Of a DNA stretch of 33,984 nucleotides, positions 18,504-28,112 are shown piece by piece (position 1 is the stretch's first letter; each line of letters opens with the position of its first letter). Made by a program: the position numbers and the translations under genes. Origin of the DNA: Chrysochromulina tobinii (Eukaryota). The notes under the pieces are model-generated. The model had not been told where the DNA came from, searched no databases, and saw only the letters and a program-made list of their open reading frames with translations. The stretch spans positions 1 to 33,984 of the forward strand of contig JWZX01001854.1 of assembly GCA_001275005.1 (NCBI GenBank), in the 5' to 3' direction.

Positions 18504-19205
18504 AAGACGAAGCGCAGACGGCAGGTTCTACTGATAACTTAGATAACTTACTGATAACTGATGACCTCCAGGGCCTTGTTCCAAAGCGTGTGGTAAGCGT
18601 GCGGAGTGGGGAGGGTTGAGCTGGTGAGCTGGTGACACTGGAATGATGGGCGACAAAACGTGTTCGAACATCGAACTGCGCCGCCGAGTTCGCTGTGCGA
18701 TTGTGCGAGTGCTATACATTCATCCTGGGCAGTGCCTACGTCATGTCTCGGTCCTCGCTCACGCCCTGTGCGTGCTTATGATGCGTGCTGCGCCATTCGA
18801 GCTGCGCTACCCTGTGGAGACGAGCGCGCCGTCGGTGCCGCGGGCGGCAAGCATAATTTGCGTTGTGTATGCGTTGTGCACGCGACCTTCACGCGACCCG
18901 GCGCGTGTGCAGGCCCCACGCGGGGAGCCATCTCTCAGATCATCTCATCCGATCCGAGGATCATTCTCGTAATCTCGATTCGTGACCGGTGCGCGGTGCC
19001 GGTGGTGCCCGGCCGCCCGCGTGGTTAGACCGGTGTCGTGTAGTTGCGCGGCTCCCCGCGCAAGCCGCAACATGGTGCCGGCTCCCGCCTCCCGGTTGTG
19101 TGCGAACGCCCAAACAGTGAATAAACGTCGGAGTGTACACTTCACACTAAAAGTCGCCCGAACGGCAGCACTCGAGGCAGCACGGTTTTCCTAACGGTTT
19201 TGAGT

Positions 19206-21998
19206 TCACGTCGCAGTTCGGCTGGAACTCGCGCCGGCTGGCGGCGCAGTACCCGCTGCGCCTTCCTGTCGGGCCTGCGCGGCAGCCGCGCTGAGGCTGG
19301 CGGCGGGGCCAATACTCGCGTGGCTCGGAGAGGCCCAGTATGAGTTGTAGTCGAGGCGCGCACACAGGTGGTTGAGGTTCCACTCGCGCTGCGACTGGCG
19401 GCGCAGCTCGTCGAGGAGTTGCTTGAGCTCCTCGTCAAACTTGGCCGCGAGCTTGACGACGTTCTGGTGGTACCGCATGTCGTCGACGGTCGCGGTGACG
19501 GTCGACGAGAGCTCGCGCAGCCACGTGCGGCGCGCCGCGCCGCACGGCGGGCGTGGGCTCGCGGCGAGATGGTGTGCCACGTCGCTCATGACGATGCGCG
19601 TCTGGTCAGCGAAGATGACGCAGATTGTGAGCAGCTTGGCGAGCAGCTTGAGCAGCACGGCGTCGCGCAGCATGCACTGGCGAAGCGACACGTCGAGGAA
19701 CTCGCCGTGGTGCGTGAGCAGCGTATCCAGCGAGCGCGCGGCGCGCAGCTTCTGCTGGAGCATGTGCCAGTTCGGTTCGAGCACCTCAAACATCATGTAG
19801 TGCTGCATGTTGAAGAGGAAGTGGAGCATTCGTTGGCGCAGTCCAAACGAGGCTGTGAAGGCAGCCGCGGTGCCTACGAGCTGCTTGGGCTCCTGCTGCG
19901 AGAGCCAGCTGGCCGAGAGCTGGCGCTCCACGTGCTTGCAGTGGAAGAGGTGACGGAAGAGAAGCTGGTACTTAGTGAGTGCGTGCTTCGAGAGCAGCAG
20001 CGAGAGTGGCCAGCCGACCGCGTAGTCGAACGTGAAGGCATCCAGGCCGGGCGTGCGCGAGGCAGCCTGCGGCGGCGGCGGCGCGGTGCTCTTGGACGCG
20101 TTGATGATGCGCAGCAGTTGGTTGGTCAAGTTGTACGGGAGCAGGTCGCACGTGAGCGAGTCGCGGTATGGGTCTGCCACTGCGGACTGCCGGAGCGCGA
20201 GCTCCAGTTTGGACTGCAGGCGTGCGCGCGAGATGTCGCCCACGGGCTTCGTGAGCTCGTCCTCGGCCGAGTCGAGGAAGTGGACGAAAAAGTCGCCCTG
20301 GTCGAGCAGGAAATAGTGCTTGACGCTCGCGAGCCGTTCGAGCAGCGCATGCTCGCCCATGAGCAACGCCACCAGCTGGGAAGTCGCCCACTCACTCGCA
20401 GCCTTGAGCCGCGTGGCAAGAGCGCGCTCCTCGAGAGGGAAGGCGGAAGCCGCCGCGCCGCCGCTGCCGCCGCCGCCGGGGGAGAGGCCCCGGCCGCCCG
20501 CGCCCACGCCCGCGTCGCCAGGCTCCGGCAGCCGTTTGCCGCACTCGCGGATGACATGCAAGGACTTGCCTGTAGTCAGGATCATGGCGGCATGCTCCTC
20601 GAGGAACGCGGGCACCTGCGCGGGCGCGAGCGTGAAGCGTCGCTGCCAATACTGGCAGTTGAAGTCGGTCGTCAGGTCGTCACGCGCCTCCTCGGGCCGC
20701 TCAACCACCATGAACTCGCCGAACGGGTCCCGGCACTGCCCTTGATGTACCCAGAGTGCGAGCATCTCGAGGAAGGGCGCGGCGGTGCGATCCAGCATGT
20801 ATTGGAGAAGCTCGGCGCCCTCGACATCGCCGGCAAGGGTCTGGCGCTGCGCGTGAAGCGCTCGCAACAGCGCGCCTCCCCGCGTGTGCCCGATGGCCTC
20901 GACGAGCGCATCCAGCGTGGCGAGCGAGCGGCCGGCGGGCTGCACGAAGTAGCAGAGCTGCTGTAGCGAGAGCCCGCGCGTTCGCTGGTGCTGCTCGAGC
21001 TGCGCGACGCCGACCATGTGCTCCTGCAGGCACGAGCGGAGCGCGGCGCAGAAGGCGTGCAGCACCTGCCCCGACTCGAGCGAGACGGAGCGAGCATGCA
21101 CGTAACGGCTCAGCGCGAGGTACCTCTCTCCTAATGGCAGCAGCTGCAGGGCCAGCTCGCGCAGCGAGGGGTCGAGACCGCCGCCGCCCGCGCCGCCCGC
21201 GCCGCTCACGCCGCTGCCGCTCTTGGTGGATGCGGGCGCGGGCGCGGCTGGCAGCGCAAAGCGGACGCGCGCCATCGCCGCGGCGTGCGAGGAGCGTGAG
21301 CTTGACAGCCCATGGTCGTCGAGTGAAGCCGACGCGGTCTGTGCTGCGGCCGTAGCCGCCCGCACGTACCGCCCTTCGACACCCACGAGCACGCAGAGCA
21401 AGTCGGTCACGAGGACCTCCTCCTGCTGCGCTACCGGCAGCGCTGCGAGCGAGCTGCTCCCATACTCGTTGCCGCCTGTGGCGCCTGCAAGCTGCTCGCG
21501 CACACCAGCAGCGAGATAGCCACCACTCAAGTATGGCCGGCTGAGCAGCCAGCCACTCTCCCAGCTCACGGCTGGCAACTGCGGCAGCGCGAATGCGCGC
21601 GGCGGCGCGGGCAGCAGCCCCTCGGACGTCGGAGGGCGAGTTGGCGCGCCAAAGTTGCTGGACATCGCTACCGCAGCAGTCGAACCAGCCGTGGCTGACG
21701 TGCCAGCGGCGTCGGTGCGCAGCATCTGCAGCACTGCCTTCTCGTCGGAAATGCGCTGGAGGAAGATGGTTAGCCGGTCGAGATCGCGAACGCCTTTGGC
21801 ACGGAGATCGTCGTGCAGTGCGGCGAAGCGTGCGCCGTCTGTGGCGCGTTCCTGCACCCGGGTCTTGGCGTGTTGAGCGATGTGGTGCGAAGTCGGCGCT
21901 GCAGAGACGTTGCCGCGTAATAGTGCGACGAGTGGTTCGGGGGGGGCGCTGATGCCCGATTGCTCGAGCGCACGCAGCACAATGCTGTGCAGGTCCAT
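19206..21998 (-). CDS. TUBGCP2: gamma-tubulin complex component 2 (Spc97/GCP2)
   Basis: GRIP motifs DLLCVLVGVEGRYV, LDPSLREL, DPFGEFMV, YWQRRFTL, KHYFLLDQGDFFVHFLDSAEDELTKP, GLDAFTFDYAVGWPLSL, KYQLLFRHLFHCKHVERQL, RLDYNSY; 930 aa, intronless. Confidence 0.93.
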   Translation of the reverse strand: MDLHSIVLRALEQSGISAPPEPLVALLRGNVSAAPTSHHIAQHAKTRVQERATDGARFAALHDDLRAKGVRDLDRLTIFLQRISDEKAVLQMLRTDAAGTSATAGSTAAVAMSSNFGAPTRPPTSEGLLPAPPRAFALPQLPAVSWESGWLLSRPYLSGGYLAAGVREQLAGATGGNEYGSSSLAALPVAQQEEVLVTDLLCVLVGVEGRYVRAATAAAQTASASLDDHGLSSSRSSHAAAMARVRFALPAAPAPASTKSGSGVSGAGGAGGGGLDPSLRELALQLLPLGERYLALSRYVHARSVSLESGQVLHAFCAALRSCLQEHMVGVAQLEQHQRTRGLSLQQLCYFVQPAGRSLATLDALVEAIGHTRGGALLRALHAQRQTLAGDVEGAELLQYMLDRTAAPFLEMLALWVHQGQCRDPFGEFMVVERPEEARDDLTTDFNCQYWQRRFTLAPAQVPAFLEEHAAMILTTGKSLHVIRECGKRLPEPGDAGVGAGGRGLSPGGGGSGGAAASAFPLEERALATRLKAASEWATSQLVALLMGEHALLERLASVKHYFLLDQGDFFVHFLDSAEDELTKPVGDISRARLQSKLELALRQSAVADPYRDSLTCDLLPYNLTNQLLRIINASKSTAPPPPQAASRTPGLDAFTFDYAVGWPLSLLLSKHALTKYQLLFRHLFHCKHVERQLSASWLSQQEPKQLVGTAAAFTASFGLRQRMLHFLFNMQHYMMFEVLEPNWHMLQQKLRAARSLDTLLTHHGEFLDVSLRQCMLRDAVLLKLLAKLLTICVIFADQTRIVMSDVAHHLAASPRPPCGAARRTWLRELSSTVTATVDDMRYHQNVVKLAAKFDEELKQLLDELRRQSQREWNLNHLCARLDYNSYWASPSHASIGPAASLSAAAAQARQEGAAGTAPPAGASSSRTAT

Positions 21999-22068
21999 GT
22001 CTGACTTTTGCGACCACGAGTTCGGCGCGAAGCTCTACAAAACGCGGAAACTCTTCACGTGAAGTTAT

Positions 22069-22096
22069 GTCAAGTCAAGTCAAGTCAAGTCAAGTC
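22069..22096. repeat. (GTCAA)n microsatellite upstream of GCP2
   Basis: gtcaagtcaagtcaagtcaagtcaagtc. Confidence 0.95.
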
Positions 22097-22354
22097 CATC
22101 GACTCCCATCCTCCCCTGCAGGCTTGTCTGTTGTTTCCAGATGCGACTTGACAAACTTGTTCAACACAACGCGTTATTCCTGCTCCCCAATGTCACGCGC
22201 TGGCCGCAGCTCCACAGTGCGCTCCTTGCAAGGTGGGGCCGCATCATCACAATGTTAATCCGGGGGAAGCCTCGCTTTGAATGACTGGGTACCCCCCTCG
22301 CGGCCACGTGTGCTGCTGCCGTTACGGGCGTTGGGGCGTCTCGTTGTACTTCCC

Positions 22355-24026
22355 TTATGCAACTAATGTTAATCTCAACAGCCGCGTGTGCGTTGATGCC
22401 ATCATCGCTGCGGCTCCCTGCACCGCGACTTCCTCAACAACCCATCCGTGCTGCCTAGCGATCGCCACAAAGGCCTGCGCGCGATCCAAGCGCGCCGTGA
22501 CGGTGAGGAGGACCAGCGGCGGCGGCGCATCGGCGAGCTCAGTGCGACCCACCGCGGCGAGCGCGCACAGCGTCGCGCACAAGGGCTCGAAGAGGCCGCG
22601 CCAAAACACACAGTCGGCGGCCAAGATCACGTCGAACGGCGCGCCGTCTCTGATGTCCGGCGGCAGGGGCTGCATCCAGTCGAGCGCCACCGCCTGCACA
22701 GCGCGCGCTGCACCATTGAGTTGGATCGTCGCATGCAGACGATGCAGATTCTCATCGAGATCCGTCAAGATCACCTCGCGTGCCCCCAGGGTCCATAAAG
22801 CGAGTCCAGGCACGCCGCTGCCCGCGCCGAGCTCGATGACCCTCGACGCGCCATTCAGCACGTGCTCCGTCACAGTGGGCTCGTGCAAGTAGGTGGCGAG
22901 AAGGTGAGCGCCTGGCCACACCCGCGCCGCCGTCGTCTCGGGCGCCACCTCCCCCGCCGCATCGAGCCGCCGCGCCTGGCTCGAGTCCGTGCTCTGCGTT
23001 GGCTCTCGGAGGACGCGAATGAATCGCCCACCGGCGCAGCAAAAGCCCGGATGCGGCTCGTCGGCGTAGGGATTCTCGTACCGCCAAGGCAGCGGCAGCG
23101 CGCTTGGGCGAGCGCCGTCCTGAGCGTCGGCGTCGAGCCCGGCGAACCCGGCCGTCTCCAGCACCACATGGCACGCCACGCCGGTATGCATGTCGCATGC
23201 ACGGGCGACAAGCCGCTCGGTGCTCAGGCCCACCTCGAGTCGAACCTGCGCCAGGCCACGCGGCCTTAGATCCTCGAGGGACAGCCGCAGCGCCGAGTTG
23301 AGCGTCCTGCAGCCGGATGCAGTTACGCGGACGCCCGAGGAGCAGCTCGAGGATCAGCATATCTGCGCCGTGAGAACTGCTCGTAAGCAGCACCTCGCCA
23401 TAGGCTGGCAGCGAAGAGCCACGAGGCACCACTACGAGCGCCGTGCCGTCCGCGCAACGTACGCTGACGTCGAGTAGTCGTTGCCCTGAGGCGTCGCTGA
23501 GCGCCCACGGTGGCCGATCGGCCTGCTCGGAGCCATTGTCATCTGCGAGCCCGTCGGCGGCTGCAGCGAGACCCAGAATGCACTTAGCTGCTCGGGCGAC
23601 ATCCTGCGGATCAACAACACTGGCACGGCTCACTGCCAGTGGCCCACCGCCCTTTGTCCGATGACCACGTTGGATCGCGAGAAGAATCGACAGACTCGCG
23701 TCCCGACGGAATGACGTCATCTCCAGCGCGTGCGATGGGGGCAAGACGCGTGCGAGTGTCGTCGCATCCAAGGTGGGATGCAAGATCGCCAGGAGCTTGC
23801 CAGTTCCCAACACATTGAGACTGCTCGCAATTGTCGACAAGCGCGGCGGAAGGCAATGTGTGCAGGAAACCGTGTCGATGACAATCGTGCGAGCGCGCAC
23901 ATCGGGCGCCAGTGCCGTGAGAAGATCATGGTCGGCTCCGCCATCGTCATGGTCGGTCTCGCCATCGTCGGCCATGGATTCATTCATGCTGTTCTTGTGT
24001 GAAAAGGCTGTGCAAAGTCGACGCAT
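22355..24026 (-). CDS. Hsp70-SBD-like domain fused to family-16 (METTL21-like) protein methyltransferase; 1-nt frameshift near 23334-23336 (start 24026, 23987 or 23975)
   Basis: Methyltransferase motifs VWPGAHLLATYL, VIELGAGSGVPGL, VILTD, LDW, FDVILAADCVF. The upstream Hsp70-like strands are split between two frames. Confidence 0.8.
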
Positions 24027-24280
24027 TAGGTTGAGCTCAGGATTAGGTATTGAGGAGGGGCGTGTATCGACCTATCGACGTGTTGACAGTTCAGCGGCGT
24101 GGCGAGCGAGAGCGCCGTGCCGTACAGCCGTGCCGGTCGTTTTTGGGTCGTTTTTGGGGCGGAGTTCCCCATACATTTTCATCCCCATACATTTTCAGCC
24201 ACTGTTGCTACACTGTTGCAGCGTTGACCAGACCCACATTCCTCTCACACACACACAGCACACATCAAAAGATCGAAAAG

Positions 24281-24406
24281 ATGTTCGAGCAAGAGATCGA
24301 GGTGGAGGACATCAACGCAAGTGATTCCAAAAGGGGCGGTCCTCGACCCACAAACCCTAACAAACCCAAGTACCCCCGCTTAACCCCTGCCCATGTTGGC
24401 CCATAA
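24281..24406 (+). CDS. putative 41-aa small peptide MFEQEIEVEDINASDSKRGGPRPTNPNKPKYPRLTPAHVGP
   Basis: AAAAG-ATG context after a CA-rich leader; acidic N-half, KR-GG, Pro/basic C-half; TAA stop. Confidence 0.4.
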   Translation: MFEQEIEVEDINASDSKRGGPRPTNPNKPKYPRLTPAHVGP

Positions 24407-24551
24407 ATGGTTGGCCCGGCGCCCTGCTTGATCCTCGAGTCTGGCCTGGGTGGCTGTAGAGTGCCGTCTTGAGAAAATGAAGTAGCAAAGAACCTGTGTG
24501 GGCCTGTGTGGGGACGTCTTTCGCTCTTCGGCGTGGAAATCATGAGAAGAG

Positions 24552-26141
24552 CTAGAACAGAGTGCCTCCGAAGTCAGGCGGAGGAGGGGCCCGAGGAGGG
24601 GGGTTGCCTCCAAAGTCAGGCGGAGGCCGTGATCTAGGGGCTGACTCAGCGTTCGAAGCTGTGGTGAATGCTGCTGTGGCCGTAGATGTCATCAGACGGG
24701 AAGACGGGCTTGCCCATGGTGCAGATAATTGCCGCGGAGTTGCCATTTCAACTGCCACTGCGCGCTGTTGGAACGGCGACATGTTGACGAAGAAATCGAT
24801 GAAGGCGTTTCCCGATGAGGGCTCTTGAATCGGTTCGGAAGTCGGCTGCTGTGGCGGTGGGCTGCTCAGAAGGCTGCTCAAGTTTATGGAGGATGGTGAG
24901 TCAGACGCGGCCTCCACCTCGGGCTCCGCCTCGTCCTCGTCCTCGGGTTTCGCCTCGGCAGCCTCCCAATTCTCAAATCTCGCCTCGGCAGGAGCCTCTC
25001 GAGGGAGCTCCTCCTCCGCCTCGTCCTCGTCCTCCGCCGCGGCCTGCTGCATGGCGGCGTGCTGAGCGCTCAGCAGAGCGGCCTCCTCCGTCGGCTCGAG
25101 GCGGCGTATCACGGGCTGCTCCACGGCCATATTCGGCGTTTCTATGGGCTGATTAGGCTGATTATTAGGAAGCCTTGCCTCGGACTCCTTCTTCATCTGC
25201 TCCGCCTCGGACTCCTTCATCTCCTCCTCAGCCTCCTCAGCCTCCTCAGCTTCCTCGGCCTCCTCAGCCTCCTCAGCCTCCTCAGCCTCCTCAGCCTCCT
25301 CCTCCTCCCCAGTCAACCGGAAAACCGGAGCTGGCTCTGCAGCCGGCTTCGCAGCTGGATCGCCGTCTTCATCTGCCTCACGTCCGCCGCTGGGCAACGA
25401 GCTGGGCGCGAGCGCCGCCAGTAGCTCCCGCGTCTCTAGGAGCAGCGCTCCCTGACGCGCCACCTCATTCTCTAAGCTCTCGCGCGTGCGACACTCCGTC
25501 TGAAGGGCCTCGCTCATGCGCTCAAGCGCCGTATCAAGCGCCTCGCGCAACTCGGCTACCTCGGCGTGCAGCTGCGCCTCACTCGGCCTGTGCGCCGCCG
25601 AGGGCCTCTCCGTGAACGCAGGCGGCGGTCCCTCGGACGCAGGCGGTGTCGTGAGCCAGCTCGGTCTGAACTGTTCTTCAGGCTTCATTTCGGGCGGCGT
25701 CACGAGCCAGCTTGGTCTCTTCGATTCGTGCGCTTCAGACAGCGCCCACGATAGCCAGCTTGGTGTTGACTGTCCGCTCGGTGTCGATCCAGCCGCATCG
25801 CTCAGAGTCGATCTCGATGGTGCGGAAACATATGAGCCCTGTGTTGACCCACGTGACAGCATGCCTCTTTCAATCGTTGACACGTTTGCTGTCGACAATG
25901 CTGAGCAAACAGACACAGTGAGATCCTCATCCGCCGCGTCAAACTCCAGGTCGGCGTCGGGCGTCCAGGTCGTCGTCGGCGGTTCCACCGCCTGCGTGGT
26001 CACTTCAATGGCCTTCACCTCCGCCTTGGCAATCCTCAACGCTTGGCTCTTTACTTTGGCAATCAGCGAGGCCGTGGTGTCATCGTGGCGTGCAGCTGCA
26101 CCGGGGTCGATGCGGATGACTTCTTCGAATTCCGCCTGCAT
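24552..26141 (-). CDS. hypothetical acidic coiled-coil/disordered protein
   Basis: First in-frame ATG at 26141; PSWL motif three times; coiled coil LHAEVAELREALDTALERM; (EEA)n tract; C-terminal PPPDFGG twice. Confidence 0.7.
   Translation of the reverse strand: MQAEFEEVIRIDPGAAARHDDTTASLIAKVKSQALRIAKAEVKAIEVTTQAVEPPTTTWTPDADLEFDAADEDLTVSVCSALSTANVSTIERGMLSRGSTQGSYVSAPSRSTLSDAAGSTPSGQSTPSWLSWALSEAHESKRPSWLVTPPEMKPEEQFRPSWLTTPPASEGPPPAFTERPSAAHRPSEAQLHAEVAELREALDTALERMSEALQTECRTRESLENEVARQGALLLETRELLAALAPSSLPSGGREADEDGDPAAKPAAEPAPVFRLTGEEEEAEEAEEAEEAEEAEEAEEAEEAEEEMKESEAEQMKKESEARLPNNQPNQPIETPNMAVEQPVIRRLEPTEEAALLSAQHAAMQQAAAEDEDEAEEELPREAPAEARFENWEAAEAKPEDEDEAEPEVEAASDSPSSINLSSLLSSPPPQQPTSEPIQEPSSGNAFIDFFVNMSPFQQRAVAVEMATPRQLSAPWASPSSRLMTSTATAAFTTASNAESAPRSRPPPDFGGNPPPRAPPPPDFGGTLF
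25221..25307 (-). repeat. 9-bp coding repeat (EEA)n
   Basis: (cctcctcag)n on the + strand. Confidence 0.9.
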
Positions 26142-26391
26142 ATCGCGCTTCCAGCGAGCCGAGACACACCTGACCCATTTGTCCACCGCGTCGACCGTCG
26201 CGCGGACCCGCAATTGCAAGGCACAACTCAAACACACCGCACCGATTTAGGAATTAAATGTGTCTCGACAATAATTGATTGTGCATGCAGCCTAGCAATG
26301 CGAGCAAACGCGCGGGGACACGCTATGGCGCACACAGTGTGATGGTCTGCTACACGCAACTAACTCGCAACACGGAACCCAGCCAGTTTCC

Positions 26392-27279
26392 TTACCCGAC
26401 CCGCTTTTCAGCATCAAAGATCTGCTTCAGTTCGTCGACCGGCGTGCGCCGCATGCGCCGCCAATCACGCACACATAGGCCGATATTGTAGCCCGCGTGC
26501 GCAAAGACTGGTGCTGCGAGCCGCCCACTCATCGTGTAGAGTAGTCCGTACAAGAGGCCGTAACCGGCCGTGGTGCGGAACCACCTACCCTTCTCGTCAC
26601 CAGCCATACCGTCGAACTCGGTGTGCACGAGACCAAAGAGCGATGAGGCGGCAACAAGGGCCAGCAACTCGCCGACGGCGTCGCCGACGGCGTGCGCGGG
26701 TAGTGATTCGGCCAAGGAGCCGGCCGACACCAGTGACGAAACCAGCATGCGCGCACCAGATTGGATCAACCCTCGATAGTACAGCTCCTCCGCCAGAGCG
26801 ATGGCGAGCTGCCAGAGGATGATGGCACAGATTGCTGGCACGGTTCGCGACTCGCCTCCTGAAATTTGCCACAAAGGCCTCATTTGTTCCGCCTCGGCTG
26901 CGCCGTACGCGAGCGCCTCCGTGCCATGGCTTTCGTAAAGGCCTCCACGGTAGAGGACAAGCACTGCGACTCCCAGGCCGAGCAGCGCCTCAGCTCCCAG
27001 GACTCCGTACGGCGCCTCTTGGCGTGTGAGTAGATTGGGCACTGAGGGTCCACCGATCGGTGCGAGGAGCACGCTGATGCCAAGGGCGGCCACACCAATG
27101 TACATGCCCTGCACCGCCAAGTTGGATACGAGGCTGCTGATTCCGATCCCCGCGCCTGAGTCGACCTCGATCGAGTCGAGGGTATTGTTTATCACGCTGA
27201 GGAATAGGGGTAGCGAGCGAGCCCTGAAACAGTTGTCGGAGACGTGCAGGGAAAGAGCGGTCAGCAGCGGTGCTCGCAT
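26392..27279 (-). CDS. CPBP/CAAX-type (Abi) intramembrane glutamic endopeptidase
   Basis: Motifs EELYYRG, FGLVH and HAGYN plus several TM helices; start ATG 27279 or 27303. Confidence 0.9.
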   Translation of the reverse strand: MRAPLLTALSLHVSDNCFRARSLPLFLSVINNTLDSIEVDSGAGIGISSLVSNLAVQGMYIGVAALGISVLLAPIGGPSVPNLLTRQEAPYGVLGAEALLGLGVAVLVLYRGGLYESHGTEALAYGAAEAEQMRPLWQISGGESRTVPAICAIILWQLAIALAEELYYRGLIQSGARMLVSSLVSAGSLAESLPAHAVGDAVGELLALVAASSLFGLVHTEFDGMAGDEKGRWFRTTAGYGLLYGLLYTMSGRLAAPVFAHAGYNIGLCVRDWRRMRRTPVDELKQIFDAEKRVG

Positions 27280-27407
27280 GGAAATGGGTTGTGAAAAAAA
27301 CATCACTGAGCGTACTGTAGATTTACCCGTGACCACAAGGCATCACATTTAGTATATTGAAGTGCGGAGCGGAGGACGGAAGAGGACTGACGAGATTTTG
27401 CGACAAA

Positions 27408-27866
27408 ATGGGGGGTCCGCCTTCGTCGAAGTTCGTTACGTCGCCCGTCGGCGCAATGGTGCGAGAGCATCTTAGTGCGGTCAATGTCAAGGACGGCGTC
27501 GAGAACCCAGGGTGTAATGGATGGGTTCTCGTGACTACCGGACAAGAGTTATGGCGCGAGCGGGTTCTACACGAAAAGGATGCTGCCTTTCGTGCGCGTG
27601 CACGACTGGCATCCACTGCGGTGCGAATGGAGCGTTCACCATTCACTCAGCCGTGGATGCCTTCCACTGCTCGCTACGAGACGGCGGCGCAACAGCAACT
27701 TGCGCTTCGCCAAGAGATTTTTTCTCGCAACTGGAGGATCCGTCAGGAAAGCACCGTTCCCAATCTTGCAGCTCTGACAGGCACATGCCAGAACGGCGCC
27801 ATTACTGGACGTGTACGCAGTAAGCCAGCCCTAACGCAGTCGTGGTCCACGACTGTGACCACGTGA
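27408..27866 (+). CDS. hypothetical protein
   Basis: AAA-ATG at 27408, divergent from the CPBP gene; protein-like QELWRERVLHEKDAAF. Confidence 0.55.
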   Translation: MGGPPSSKFVTSPVGAMVREHLSAVNVKDGVENPGCNGWVLVTTGQELWRERVLHEKDAAFRARARLASTAVRMERSPFTQPWMPSTARYETAAQQQLALRQEIFSRNWRIRQESTVPNLAALTGTCQNGAITGRVRSKPALTQSWSTTVTT

Positions 27867-28112
27867 GTCGAGTCCAATGGTAATACCCAACGAGCCACTG
27901 TTAACGAGGACATGCCTGCTGCTGCTACCTAGCCACAGTACCAGGTATCCACACCCCTGTATGTAATGTCCGTGGCCGCGTGGTAGTCCGGCGTGCGTGC
28001 ATGAGAGCACGACAATACTTTCATAAAGCAGCCCCTCGTGGTGTCGAACTCGGAACTGCCAAGTGCCATAGCACTGCACGCCGGCCGGAAACCTTTACTC
28101 TAAGCACAGGCT

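Noticed and set aside
18503..19205. Several short ORFs and a gataact x3 motif between convergent genes
   Set aside because: No frame is protein-like; this is most likely 3' UTR or intergenic sequence.
23307..23332. Tiny GT-AG intron as an explanation of the methyltransferase frameshift
   Set aside because: Candidate lengths 20 and 26 nt are 2 mod 3 while 1 mod 3 is needed, and they would delete Hsp70-like residues.
24305..24322. EDINAS resembling the fungal MSDIN (amatoxin precursor) leader
   Set aside because: Only a 4-residue match, not at the N-terminus, and lacking the MSDIN follower sequence.
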